A stretch of DNA of 62,953 bases, filler included, from Octopus bimaculoides (Eukaryota): assembly GCF_001194135.2 (NCBI RefSeq). It is 6 parts of 5 records of this genome, joined end to end, with 100 filler letters (N's around TTAATTAATTAA, not from the genome) between each part and the next. Parts side by side here need not be neighbours in the genome. Positions count along the whole stretch, not along the records: positions 25,132 to 33,255 come from NC_068981.1; positions 33,356 to 37,586 come from NC_068981.1; positions 37,687 to 49,940 come from NC_068986.1; 3 more parts are not named here. One strand, given 5' to 3'. The notes beneath the pieces were generated by a model. The model saw nothing but the letters and a program-made list of their open reading frames with translations. It made no database searches and was not told the DNA's origin. Positions 27,363 through 39,103 of this stretch are shown in pieces. The translations under genes were made by a program, and so were the position numbers. Numbering within the stretch: position 1 is the first letter of the stretch; every line of letters starts with the position of its first letter.

Positions 27363-27638
27363 CAGGAGGGACTGTGTGGTAAGGAGCTTGCCTACCAACC
27401 ACATGGTTCCGGGTTCAGTCCCACTGCGTGGTACATTGAGCAAGTGTCGTCTACTATATCCTCGGGCCGACCAAAGCTTTGTGAGTGGATTTGGTAGACG
27501 GAAATTGAAAGAAACCCGTTGTATGTGTGTGCATTTGTGTGTCTGTGTTTGTCCCCCTCACCATCGCTTGACGACCGATGTTGGCGTGTTTACGTCCCCG
27601 TAACTCAGTTCGGCAAAAGAGACCGATAGAATAAGTAC
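27363..27638 (+). mobile_element. SINE A; a second piece of its 3' end recurs at 27932-27972
   Basis: GACTGTGTGGTAAG...GGTTCAGTCCCACTGCGTGG tRNA-like head and internal (GT)n. Confidence 0.92.
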
Positions 27639-27919
27639 ATTTAAGACCAATTTATCACTGTTTTACTCTGTGTTACAGTTCTTGTTTGGCCTGGTGTGTT
27701 GTGTGCCTTCTCTGTCGAATTGTTTATACAGAATGGCGAATGCGGAGATATTTTGTCACGTGTATCTAACATTACTTGTTGTTCTCTGTACAAAGCTAAT
27801 ATAAGTTTAAGAGTGTGGGGGGGGGGACAAGCAAACATATGAAGCAGATTAGATATCAAAGCGAATACAGTTAGAGACCTGAATAGTTTGTGACGATAAA
27901 GGTAGTATTTTCTTAGCCC
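27639..27919 (+). repeat. Unclassified interspersed repeat E, copy 1
   Basis: About 280 nt aligning by eye to the reverse complement of 31138-31418. Confidence 0.85.
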
Positions 27920-28185
27920 GTATTTTATTACAGCGGTTCGGCAAAAGAGACCGATAAAATAAGTAGTAGGTTGACGCGTGGTGCTAGATGATTAGGTGTG
28001 ACTAAAGGGTTCTGGCTAGAGACGAAATATCTCCAGAAACACTGACCGCTGCCCTAACGATAAAAATGACCGAGGGGACAACATGTTTTGGAAGCTGAAT
28101 GTGGTGTACTGCTAAGTGACTTCAAGCGAAAAGTTTTATTGGATTTAGTTTAGATGTTGCCAACTCTATCACTATGTTTAGAGAA

Positions 28186-28505
28186 GGCGCGTGACTTCGT
28201 GGTTGGAGGTATTTGGCTCACCACCCCAAGGTTGCGAGTTCGATTCCCGGCGGCGCGTTGCGTCATCGAGTAAAACTCTTTATTTCACGTTTCTCCAGTT
28301 CACTCAGCTGGCAAAAGTAAATTCAACCTGTATTTCAAAAGGGCCAGTTTTCTCACACCCTGTGTCACGCTGAATCTCCCTGTGAGCTAATTATGGATGC
28401 GCGTAGTTATAGAATACTCAACCACTTTCATGTTAATTTCGTGAGCAGGCTGTTCCGTTGATCGAATCAACTGGAAAACACGTCGACGTAACCGACGGAG
28501 TGCCA
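28186..28505 (+). mobile_element. SINE with family F head/core and family C tail
   Basis: B box GAGTTCGATTCCC; core TTTATTTCACGTT.CTCCAGT.CACTCAGCTG shared with 59218-59450; tail CGTAACCGACGGAGTGCCA shared with 26706. Confidence 0.88.
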
Positions 28506-28732
28506 GTTTTTATGTTTAACAATAAGAACGTCCCAAAGGTAGGAGAAATAGTTTATTGCTCTCTGAGAATCACATAGAGCTTATCTTCTGGTGAGTGTTC
28601 AGAAGACCTTGAAGCTGATCATGACAATATCTATTCCCGAAGAAAATAGCGAGATCAAATGAATATACGCAATTCATTAACAGAGTTGCGTGTATAACAT
28701 TTATGCTTTGTATACAAACAATACAACAGAAT

Positions 28733-28926
28733 ACAGTTCTATATTTCAGAGATGAGGAATTATGTACAATATTTACATTTGACGGATATTTGCCCTCATC
28801 TTCTCTGTTATTAACACAACGTTTCGGCTGATATACCCTCCAGCCTTCAATAGGTGTCTTGGGGGAAATTTCGAACCTGAGTTCTCATTCTAAGGGTATT
28901 TTTCGATGTTGTTGTTGTTGTTGTTG

Positions 28927-29025
<99 letters not shown>

Positions 29026-29262
29026 TTCACGTCACTGCCTGGAATCGAACTCGGAATCTTGGGGTTAGTATCCCGCGCTCTTAACCACTACGCCATATGC
29101 CCGTGGACCTTAGGAATACCTTAGGAATGAGAACCCAGGTTCGAAATTCCCCCAAGACACCTGATGAAGGCTGGAGGGTATATCAGCCGAAACGTTGTGT
29201 TAACAACAAACAAAATGAGGACAGATATCCGTCAAATGTAAATAATGTAAATCATGTAAATA
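28733..29262. mobile_element. PLE1 terminal module inverted pair: full copy on minus (28733-29106) + forward tail (29115-29262)
   Basis: The arms 28760-28905 and 29115-29255 are reverse complements of each other. Confidence 0.95.
29156..29201 (+). ncRNA. Minimal type I hammerhead ribozyme, best copy
   Basis: Stem I GACAC/GUGUU; core CUGAUGA plus an extra A; stem II GGCUG/CAGCC; GAAA; loopless palindromic stem III (ACGU); predicted cleavage after GUU (29196). Confidence 0.8.
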
Positions 29263-29323
29263 TAACAGAATGTTACAGTTTATACCGTTCCTTGTCGCTG
29301 TGCAAATAATCAATCTTAAACAT

Positions 29324-29510
29324 AGGCGCAGGAGTGGCTGTGTGGTAAGTAACTTGCTTACCAACCACATGATTCTAGGTTCAGTCCCACTACGTGACAC
29401 CTTGGGCAAGTGTCATTTGCTATAGCCTCGTGCCGACCAAAGCCTTGTGAGTGGATTTGGTAGGCGGAAACTGAAAGAAGCCCGTCGTATATATGTATAT
29501 GTATATATGT

Positions 29511-29556
<46 letters not shown>

Positions 29557-29665
29557 TCCCCCAACATCGCTTGACAAACGATGCTGGTATGTTCACGTTC
29601 CTGGAACTTAGCGGTTTGGCAAAAAGAGAACGATAGAATAAGTACCAGGCTTACAAAGAAGAAGG
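29324..29665 (+). mobile_element. SINE A
   Basis: AGGCGCAGGAGTGGCTGTGTGGTAAG head through AAGTACCAGGCTTACAAAGAA. Confidence 0.95.
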
Positions 29666-29842
29666 ACTTAAAATGCATGCGCATATAAATATAGGTTGTG
29701 CCCTGAATAAACGTTTATATTGTAACACACACACACACACACATACACACACACACACACAGATAGGCACACACACAAGTATATATAGATGTGAGTGCAT
29801 GTGTGTGTGAGTGCATGTGTGTGAGTGCATGTGTGTGAGCGC

Positions 29843-29913
<71 letters not shown>

Positions 29914-29939
29914 ATATATATATATTCACGAAAGAACAC

Positions 29940-29974
<35 letters not shown>

Positions 29975-30198
29975 NNNNNNNNNNNNNNNNNNNNNNNNNN
30001 NNNNNNNNNNNNNNNNNNNNNNNNNNNNNNNNNNNNNNNNNNNNNNNNNNNNNNNNNNNNNNNNNNNNNNNNNNNNNNNNNNNNNNNNNNNNNNNNNNNN
30101 NNNNNNNNNNNNNNNNNNNNNNNNNNNNNNNNNNNNNNNNNNNNNNNNNNNNNNNNNNNNNNNNNNNNNNNNNNNNNNNNNNNNNNNNNNNNNNNNNN

Positions 30199-30232
<34 letters not shown>

Positions 30233-30776
30233 ATACATATATGTATATTTATATACATGTGTGCATATATATATGTATATACAAATATATATACGTGTGT
30301 ATATATATGTATATACATATATATATGTATATATATATATATATGTATGTATGTATGTATGTATATATGAGAGGCAGACAGACGGACAGACAGAGTGTCT
30401 GATATGGATGGGGGTGAGGAATTCCGATATATTTATGAAAATGCTCATGGGCGTAAACCCTTATAAATATGCACACCCGTTAATGATTATTTAATTAGTA
30501 TCACAAAGAACGGATTAATTCTCACACATACTCGCATATACACATGTACATAGCAGGACTGCGTATATAGATGTGTGTGTGTTTGTGTGTGCGTATGTGT
30601 GTGTGTGTGTGCATGTGTGTGTGTGTGTGTGTGTGCGGTATGTGTTATATTTACATCAATCTGGAAGACATACATATATAGAGTTTTGTTTGGCATATAT
30701 ATCAGAGGTGGGTGGGGTGGTGGCAAGAAAAAAAGTATAGTCAGTATGTGTGTCTTTACACCAATGTCTGTGAGTG

Positions 30777-30809
<33 letters not shown>

Positions 30810-30874
30810 CATCTCTATATATAGTATTTATATACATCTATATATATACATATATACATGTATGTGTATATGTA

Positions 30875-30990
<116 letters not shown>

Positions 30991-31137
30991 GGGGGGGTGT
31001 AGAAATATACAAATGTATTAATTCTTCAGGAAGACTACAGCATTTAGCATTGGTTAATCATCTTATCTCACTCTTCAATATCGCATTTCTCATCACACTA
31101 CGTGTAATATCCTGTCTTTCCGACAACCTCCTTATCA

Positions 31138-31418
31138 GGGCTAATAAAATACTACCTTCATCGTTACAAACTATTCACGTCTCTAACTGTAGTCACTTTG
31201 ATATCGAATCTGCTTCATATGTTTGCTTGCCTCCCCGCCCTCTTAAACTTATATTAGCTTTGTGCAGAAAACAGCAAGCCATATTAGATACACAGAGCGA
31301 CAAAATATCTCGCCATCCGCCGTTCCGTATAAACAATTCGACAGAGAAGGCACACAAACACATCAGACCAAACTAGAACTGTAACACAGAGTAAAACAGT
31401 GATATATTGGTATTAAAT
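31138..31418 (-). repeat. Repeat E, copy 2
   Basis: Inverted relative to 27639-27919. Confidence 0.85.
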
Positions 31419-31860
31419 ATTTGCACAAGGCCTGCAATTTCGAAGGAGGTGGGAAACTCGTTTACATTGAAGCTCCCACCCAGCAATCAACACTTAATTT
31501 TTTTCTCGGTTCGGAAAGAATGAAAGATAAAGTCGATCTCTGCGCAATTTGAACCCGGAACATTAAGACAGACGAGTTGCCGCTAAGCATCTTGCTCAGC
31601 GTGCTGACGTTTCTCCCAGCTCACTGTCTCCTGTACTACTATCATATTGGCTTCAGATTTTCGCATAAGGCCAGCAATTTCGGGGCTGGGTGTAAATCGA
31701 TATCATCGAACCCAATGACCATCTATCAATTATTTTATAGACACCAAAAGGATGAAAAGCGATGTACACCTCGGCGGAATTTGAACTCAAAGCACACAGA
31801 CGGACGAAATGCCGCTAAGCATCTTGGTCAGCTTGCAAACGATTCTGCCAGCTCAGCTAC
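31419..31860 (-). mobile_element. Two tandem SINE B copies (31419-31628, 31646-31860)
   Basis: Each ends (on plus) in GCCGCTAAGCATCTTG...ACG.TTCT.CCAGCTC. Confidence 0.85.
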
Positions 31861-32083
31861 TCTTCTCATCTGTCTGACTTGGATGGCACCATGCCTGCGA
31901 GTGCGTAAAACATCATTTTTCTGCTACTTCTGTATTTGTCCATATTTGTTATTACGAGACTTTCCCGTTCAGAGATTTAGAACTAATAGTTCTTCAATTT
32001 ATGAAATCAGTAACTGTGTGTCACTTTGAAAATTATATATTTCGAATAAGAACTAGTGCTGCTATCTCCAGCCAAGCGATTAT

Positions 32084-32129
32084 TCTGTGCTGATGAAGAG
32101 AAATAACCCAGAAACCATTGGTGCACAGA
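32084..32129 (+). ncRNA. Decayed type I hammerhead (different family)
   Basis: Stem I UCUGUG/CACAGA (6 bp), CUGAUGA, GAAA, stem III ACC/GGU. The cleavage triplet is GUG and stem II is mismatched. Confidence 0.6.
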
Positions 32130-32639
32130 TATTGCTGTGAGCTGGGTGGGGTCAACAGCTCCCTTGTTCGAAAATATAAGGACGCAGTTAGTGGGTCGAT
32201 TGCCAGCTGGAAAAGATATTTTTTCTGGGGTTAAATAGCAGTAGTATTCGTTCAAACCAGGTCTGCCACTTTACGTTGGCAAATAATCTTTACTCTAGAG
32301 TACTGTTACTGCATGCTTCTCGTTCAGAGATTTAGAACTAATCTTCTTTTTTTTATTGTTGAATAATACATTTTAGTAGATGTAAAATTTTTAGTGATTA
32401 TATCGCCAACAACTATGTTAGCTATGATCAAAGAGGTCTATGACCACAAACATTCTTAATGTGACCATCTCGACTTTTGTGTCGCCATCACTACATTGTT
32501 CTTTTTTAAGACTGAAGGGTGTGATGTGAGAATTTTTAACGGTAAAGAAGACACAATTATATCAATTTCTTTCTTTGGTTATAGAATTTGGTCCCTCTCT
32601 TTCGAGTATGGATTGAGAATGCGTGTGTGGGTGTGTTCG

Positions 32640-33010
32640 ATGAGGACATTAAGTGCAAGAGGTGTGAAGCAGGTATTCGTGTACACCTTTCTAAGGCTGG
32701 GTGCATCAACATGAAAGACCAACTCTATGCTACTTCCTCCCTCCAAGAGCAGGTGGTTTAACGTGGGTAATATGGGGAAATTTGGAAGTCAGTTTCAGGT
32801 GTGAAAATATTGATGGGAGTATACAAATGTTCTGCCCCACAAAGTGACCCAATCAATGCAGTGGATGTTGCAGCTTTTATCTGTCATCTGTGCTTTAGAC
32901 CAGGTAGATCTGAAGTGGGACTAAATAGTCATCGGAGAAGTCATGGGCGGAAAGTCGGAAATGCTATTGACAACGAGGAAGCACAAAAAGACAGTAGTCT
33001 TTTGTGAAGA
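32640..33010 (+). pseudogene. Degenerate RTE-type LINE ORF C-terminus with C2H2 finger
   Basis: FICHLCFRPGRSEVGLNSHRRSH resembles the C..C.R...S..GL.SH.R.H terminal finger of RTE ORFs; the upstream frames are broken. Confidence 0.55.
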
Positions 33011-33077
33011 AGAAGCAACATACGCACACGCACACACACACGCACATATGTATGTATATATCTGCATGCATGTATCC

Positions 33078-33237
33078 AGAGTGGCTGTGTGGTACGTAGC
33101 ATGCTTACCAACCACATGGTTCCGTGTTCAGACCCTCTGCGTGGCACCTTGGACAAGTGTCTTCTACTACAGCCTCGGGCCGACCAAATCCTTGTGAGTT
33201 GATTTGATAGACGGAAACAGAAAGAAGCCTGTCGTAT
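33078..33237 (+). mobile_element. SINE A 5' half (runs into gap)
   Basis: GAGTGGCTGTGTGGTA...GAAAGAAGCCTGTCG. Confidence 0.92.
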
Positions 33238-33359
33238 ATATATATATATATATATNNNNNNNNNNNNNNNNNNNNNNNNNNNNNNNNNNNNNNNNNNNNT
33301 TAATTAATTAANNNNNNNNNNNNNNNNNNNNNNNNNNNNNNNNNNNNNNNNNNNNTATA

Positions 33360-33717
33360 TCTTTCAATTTCTGCTCTCTGCAAATAAATTTTTACGGATA
33401 AAACTGCTTACAAAAATTGCTATTAATGTATAATTTCTTTCTATGTTCATAATTGAATAAATCTTTTAATGATTAGACAGACGTCCAATAGAATAGCTCT
33501 CACAAACAGACTACGTACAAATTCTTTCTTCACAACTCCTGAAGCCATTTTCTGACAGGAGGGGGGTGGGGTGAAATCTTCATACAGCTGGAGGCTCCAA
33601 TCGAAACGGGACACGAAATGATCAGGTTGAGAAACGCTGTTATAGATTACGCCTAACCGAAAACAACCACAACCACGTCATCCAAACAGACCGGGTGAAA
33701 CCGGGTTTAGCTGCTAG
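33360..33717 (+). mobile_element. Candidate non-autonomous Helitron
   Basis: A|TC start, CCGG-GTGAAA-CCGG hairpin at 33691-33704, CTAG|T end, no TSD. Confidence 0.5.
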
Positions 33718-33756
33718 TATATGTATAAATATATATAAATATAAGCATCCTGAGAG

Positions 33757-34447
33757 AAATGTTGGACATAAGAGGCATTGGATGTGGCATGCAAGAGAGA
33801 CGTTTGCACTGGTATGGTCATGTACTACGGATGGATGAGGAGAGATGTGTGAAGAAGTGCCACTACCAAACAGTTGAAGGAATCTGGGGTAGAGGTAGAC
33901 CCAGGAACACATGGGATGAGGTAGTGAAGCATGAACTTCGAACGTTGGGCCTCACAGAGGCAATGACGAGAGACCGAGACCTCTGGAGATATGCTGTGAC
34001 TGCGAAGACCCGGCAAATAAAGTGAGTTCATGGCTGTATCTTACACCAGTTTCGCATACCCAGCCCATTCTAAAGTACCTTGGATCGTAGGGCGACCTGC
34101 TGTATTTGAGGAGACCTATTGAGTCAAATGCATCAACATCAAAATGAAAATCAAATGGAAATTGTAGTTGTGATACCTGTGCCCGTGGCACGTAAAAAGC
34201 ACCATCCGTTCATGGTCAATGCCAGCACCTCTGGCTCCTCTGCCCATGGGACGTAAAAAGCACCATCCAAATGTGACTGATGCCAGCACCGCCTTGACTG
34301 GCTTCCGTGCCGGTGGCACGTAAAAATCACCAATCTATTGTGGCTGTTGCCAGCCTCCTCTGGCTCCTGTGCTGGTGGCACGTAAAAATCACCCACTACA
34401 CTCACGGAGTGGTTGGTGTTAGGAAGGGCATCCAACTGTAGAAATAC
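33757..34447 (+). mobile_element. RTE-clade LINE 3' fragment (ORF end 33759-34025 + 3' UTR with tandem units)
   Basis: ERRLHWYGHVLRMDEERCVKK...GRGRPRNTWDEVV...DRDLWR is the RRL.W.GHV.R...GRP...W motif of RTE ORFs. Confidence 0.92.
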
Positions 34448-34689
34448 TGGGTCCTGTGGTATTCTTTGACAGCAAAACGCAGCTTACATAGATAAGAATT
34501 GGTCCCCTAGACCCATGACGTACCCAGGCAACTGTCCAGTGTGCCCATGACTTAAGAGGGCACTGCTGCAGACATTTTGTTAAATCTCTGGAAAAGTCAT
34601 TAATAGTACTTTTTGAGCTGAAGACCATTCATAGAATTTCTTTCAGGTAGAAACATGTGATAAATAAGGATCCCAGTCAGGTAGATATT

Positions 34690-35545
34690 TATCTCTCAAC
34701 CCTTTAGTGTCACTGAACTCCCACTTACTCTATCCAATCCTCTGTACCACTTCACTTATATATCCCTCCCTGTAACTTAAGGGTGTGCGCCAATCTCTCT
34801 CTCTCTCCTTTCCTTTTTGCAATTGAGGTAGTCATGTATCTCCTTTACTGCAAGACACCTGTTTGCACCTTTAGGAAAGTGGGTTATACATCATTAGATA
34901 TACACCTGACTTTCCTATATTAAATTAGAAGTGAACGGAACGCAGAACTCCAAACTGATCAACAACAACAATATTTATTTATGGTGGAAAATATACAGCT
35001 TCCAATTGTCCGGTTTCTGAGTAGCCTGAATGTAGATGTACTGTCCCTAGAGATGAATCGTTGGAGAGACAACTTGCTTCTTCCACACTCAATGAGAGCT
35101 TGTTTTAGACCGTCTTGCTTGTTCGCTGTCTGGCGTGGTAAGAGAGAGAATAGAAGCGGGAAGGCTTGGATGTCGAAATCCACGCATGCGTGGTCAAAGA
35201 TGCAGCAATGGCGACTATGCCTTTTTGGCGCCAATATGACGTCACTACACACCCTTCTATTATAGCCTAACCTTTTATCAACTGGCACAAGGCCACCTTC
35301 CTTGAAACTACTCTCTTGTCTTGTAAAGTTACTTGGTGATCTCGCTGGTGCTGGTGCCCGTAAAATGCACCAAGTATATTCTATAAAGTAGTTGGCGTTA
35401 GAAATGGCACCCAGCTGTAGAAACCATGCCAAAGCAGACAGTAGAGCTTGGCATAGTCCTCTGGATCACCAGCTCCTGTCAAACCGTCTAACCCATGCCA
35501 GCATGGAAATCGGGCATAAAATAATGATGACGATGAGGATGATAA
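34690..35545 (+). mobile_element. Old repeat G (34690-34871 and 35293-35545) with RTE-like tail, split by a ~420-nt insert
   Basis: AATCCTCTGTACCACTTC, TGAGGTAG.CATGTATCTCCT and GTTACTTGGTGATCTC are shared with 42530-43135; tail AACCCATGCCAGCATGGAAA-(GAT)n. Confidence 0.75.
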
Positions 35546-36274
35546 AATTAGATGTTAGTATTGGATGTCTGGGTCCTCAACAAATGTGGATATTTGTTTA
35601 ATAGTATGAAACGAAAGAACGGAAGATAACTCTTGCACAAATGGTTCTGCTAGTAATAATTGTTTCACAAATAAATCATCGTGACAAATACTGTTATAAA
35701 TGAAGTCTTTCAAAACTATAAATCCCCTAACTGGCAGAAAGTTACAGGGGGTACCAATGTAAAGTTTTCTACTGGCAAATTTAAATGTATAAAACTGGGA
35801 TAGAAAGCGTTTGTCATAAGAGACAGGAATAAAATATGTCAGTGGTTTCGTTATTATAAACGATGTGTTTATTATAAACATCTGTCTATTTATACTCGCA
35901 AACATGTGAGTTTGTTAGTAATTATGCAATATGTGGGCCTGTGATGCGTTGTCATGTTACGTATGCGTATACGAAGCTTTGTAAGCAATACTCTACAGTA
36001 AAAAATAGCCAGAGAACAGCTGCTCTTCAGATATTATTCGATGCCTATCTTCACACTCGACAATACCAATATGAAATGTTCATATAGCTGACATAATACA
36101 GTTCACAGACAGAAGGTAGTGCAAAAACCTAACGGCACTTAATTCACGTGCGCGCGCGTTTAAGGATATGTATGTATCTATATTCCAATTCATGTACATA
36201 TTTTGGTATATAATTATATACGTATACTACGTATACACACATAAATATCTTTATGTATTTGCATATATGTGTGC

Positions 36275-36354
<80 letters not shown>

Positions 36355-37995
36355 NNNNNNNNNNNNNNNNNNNNNNNNNNNNNNNNNNNNNNNNNNNNNN
36401 NNNNNNNNNNNNNNNNNNNNNNNNNNNNNNNNNNNNNNNNNNNNNNNNNNNNNNNNNNNNNNNNNNNNNNNNNNNNNNNNNNNNNNNNNNNNNNNNNNNN
36501 NNNNNNNNNNNNNNNNNNNNNNNNNNNNNNNNNNNNNNNNNNNNNNNNNNNNNNNNNNNNNNNNNNNNNNNNNNNNNNNNNNNNNNNNNNNNNNNNNNNN
36601 NNNNNNNNNNNNNNNNNNNNNNNNNNNNNNNNNNNNNNNNNNNNNNNNNNNTGCATATGCATGCATATATGGGTACAGGACGTCACAAAACGTAACAACA
36701 TGAACTACGAAAACATGAAACCCGGAAGACGAAAAACATGAAATATGAAGACAAACTTTTTTTTGCGAACAACGAGAAAGACAAATGGAAAACAAAACGA
36801 GTAACATAAAGAACGACCCTTTATCAGTTGTTGGTTGTTTATCTACTCCACATTTCGAGTATTTCCCGACAATATGTGCCTTCAAGAAAACAGTTGCTCC
36901 CGCAAACTAAAATAAAATTTGGGATTTTGCGGAGGGTCAAAGTTGGTAACAAAAACAGGACAGTGAAACAAATAGTGAGGGCTGCTAAGCCAGACGGGGT
37001 AAGGTGGCGAACTCTGAGGAACATTCTTTGAAAGGAGAAAAGATAGGAGAAGAGATAGACAAGAATACATCTGTTTTGTGCAACAGATCGGAAGAAAAGA
37101 AAAATGATGGACGATGGTCACGTGTGAGCAACGAGAGAGTAAAGGAGGAAGAAGGAGAGAGAGACAAAGGGACAGATAGAAAACGGTGAAGGAGAGAATA
37201 AAAGAATTAGAGAAAGGATGAGAGGAAAAAAAAACGAAAGGGAGAGAAGAAGAGAAAAAAATTAGAGGGATCTTTTTGGTTTGACGGGCAACATTTTTTT
37301 ATGTAGTGTTTTTGGTACCGAAACACTTTCAAACTTCGAATACTTGTATATTTTGTGTTATAGAACAGATAAAAAATTTTGTATTCCAAGTTATTTCATG
37401 TAAAAAATTGTCGTATTTCGGTAATTTCAACCAATCACTGACGTCTATTGAGGTGAAAACAATTACGCCGTGGAATGTAAACAATGGTGTCAGGGGATCT
37501 TTTCCCTTGAATAAAATTAGTGCCGTTGTTTGTAAACAAAAACTATCCGTTGTCAACAACAACTATCAGCGGTATATATTTCGTTTNNNNNNNNNNNNNN
37601 NNNNNNNNNNNNNNNNNNNNNNNNNNNNNNTTAATTAATTAANNNNNNNNNNNNNNNNNNNNNNNNNNNNNNNNNNNNNNNNNNNNGTATGTATGTATAT
37701 ATGTATGTATGTATATATGTATGTATATATATATGCGTAAGTAGGTGGTGCAGAAATGTATTAAATGACCGAGTTCACATCCCAAAGACAAGAGGGCAAT
37801 TGAACGTAACTTCCTGTTTTTGCTTTTTACTATCATCATAGAGAAATACAGAGTGGCATAAATAGAAAAGTAGCCTTTTTGCTATTATTATTGTTATTGT
37901 TATTATTATCATCATTTCATTATTATTATTATTACACTCCTCATCCTCTTCTCTCCTTCCTATCATTATTTAATTTAACTTTATTGTTGTTGTTG

Positions 37996-38043
<48 letters not shown>

Positions 38044-38414
38044 TCATTATTATCATTATCATTATAAGATCTCCTTAAAAATGTGGGTTACAGCAAAACT
38101 CCTTATTACTATTACAATTACTTCAAATGCTTCTAGTATTTCTTTAGCCAGTTGCAAGAAAAAATTGCCACCACAAAAAAAACATGACCAAAGAAGCAAC
38201 ATGGTTAATGTACCAAACCTGTTTGGCTCTTCTAGTCTGTTTATTACCGAAGGTTAGAAGAATTATTTTATTTCACTATCATTCTTAGTTGCATCCAATT
38301 GATTTTTATTTATCTTTCATTGACTTCAAATAATTCATTCTAATATATTTGTGACATTAGACAGTTTCATACATTAACATATGGATATTTAGTATATGTA
38401 TATATAATAATGAC

Positions 38415-38461
<47 letters not shown>

Positions 38462-38545
38462 TAATAATAATAATAATAATATTTTACCGAACACTCATTT
38501 GTCGTTCATGACAACAGAATCCATTATCATATATATGCATGTATG

Positions 38546-38579
<34 letters not shown>

Positions 38580-38636
38580 TGTATGTATGTATGTATGTAT
38601 GTATGTATGCATGTATATACATATGTATGTGTGTAA

Positions 38637-38805
38637 GTAGGAGTAGCTGTGTGGTAAGTAGCTTGCTTACCAACCACATGGATCTGAGTTCATTCCCACT
38701 GCGTGGCACCTTGGGCAAACGTCTTCTACTATAGTCTCAGGCCGACCAATGCCTTGTGAGTGGATTTGGTAGACGGAAAACTGAAGGAAGTCTGTCGTAT
38801 ATATG

Positions 38806-38838
<33 letters not shown>

Positions 38839-39056
38839 CTGTGTTTGTCCCCCCACCATCGCTTGACAACCAATGGTAGTGTGTTAATGTCCCCGTAACT
38901 TAGTGGTTCGGCAAAAGAGACCGATAGAATGAGTACTGGGCTTACGTACATGTATATGTATGTACATGTATACGTATGTATACATATATGTATATATGTA
39001 TATATATATATACATATGTATATATGTATACATACAGGTATATATACATATATGTA

Positions 39057-39103
<47 letters not shown>

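Noticed and set aside
34185-34400. CRISPR-like repeat-spacer pattern
   Set aside because: The spacers resemble each other, the array sits in an RTE 3' UTR, and the context is eukaryotic with no cas genes.
37431-37445. CCAAT + TGACGTC promoter-like pair
   Set aside because: Isolated short motifs beside a gap with no linked gene; no function can be supported.
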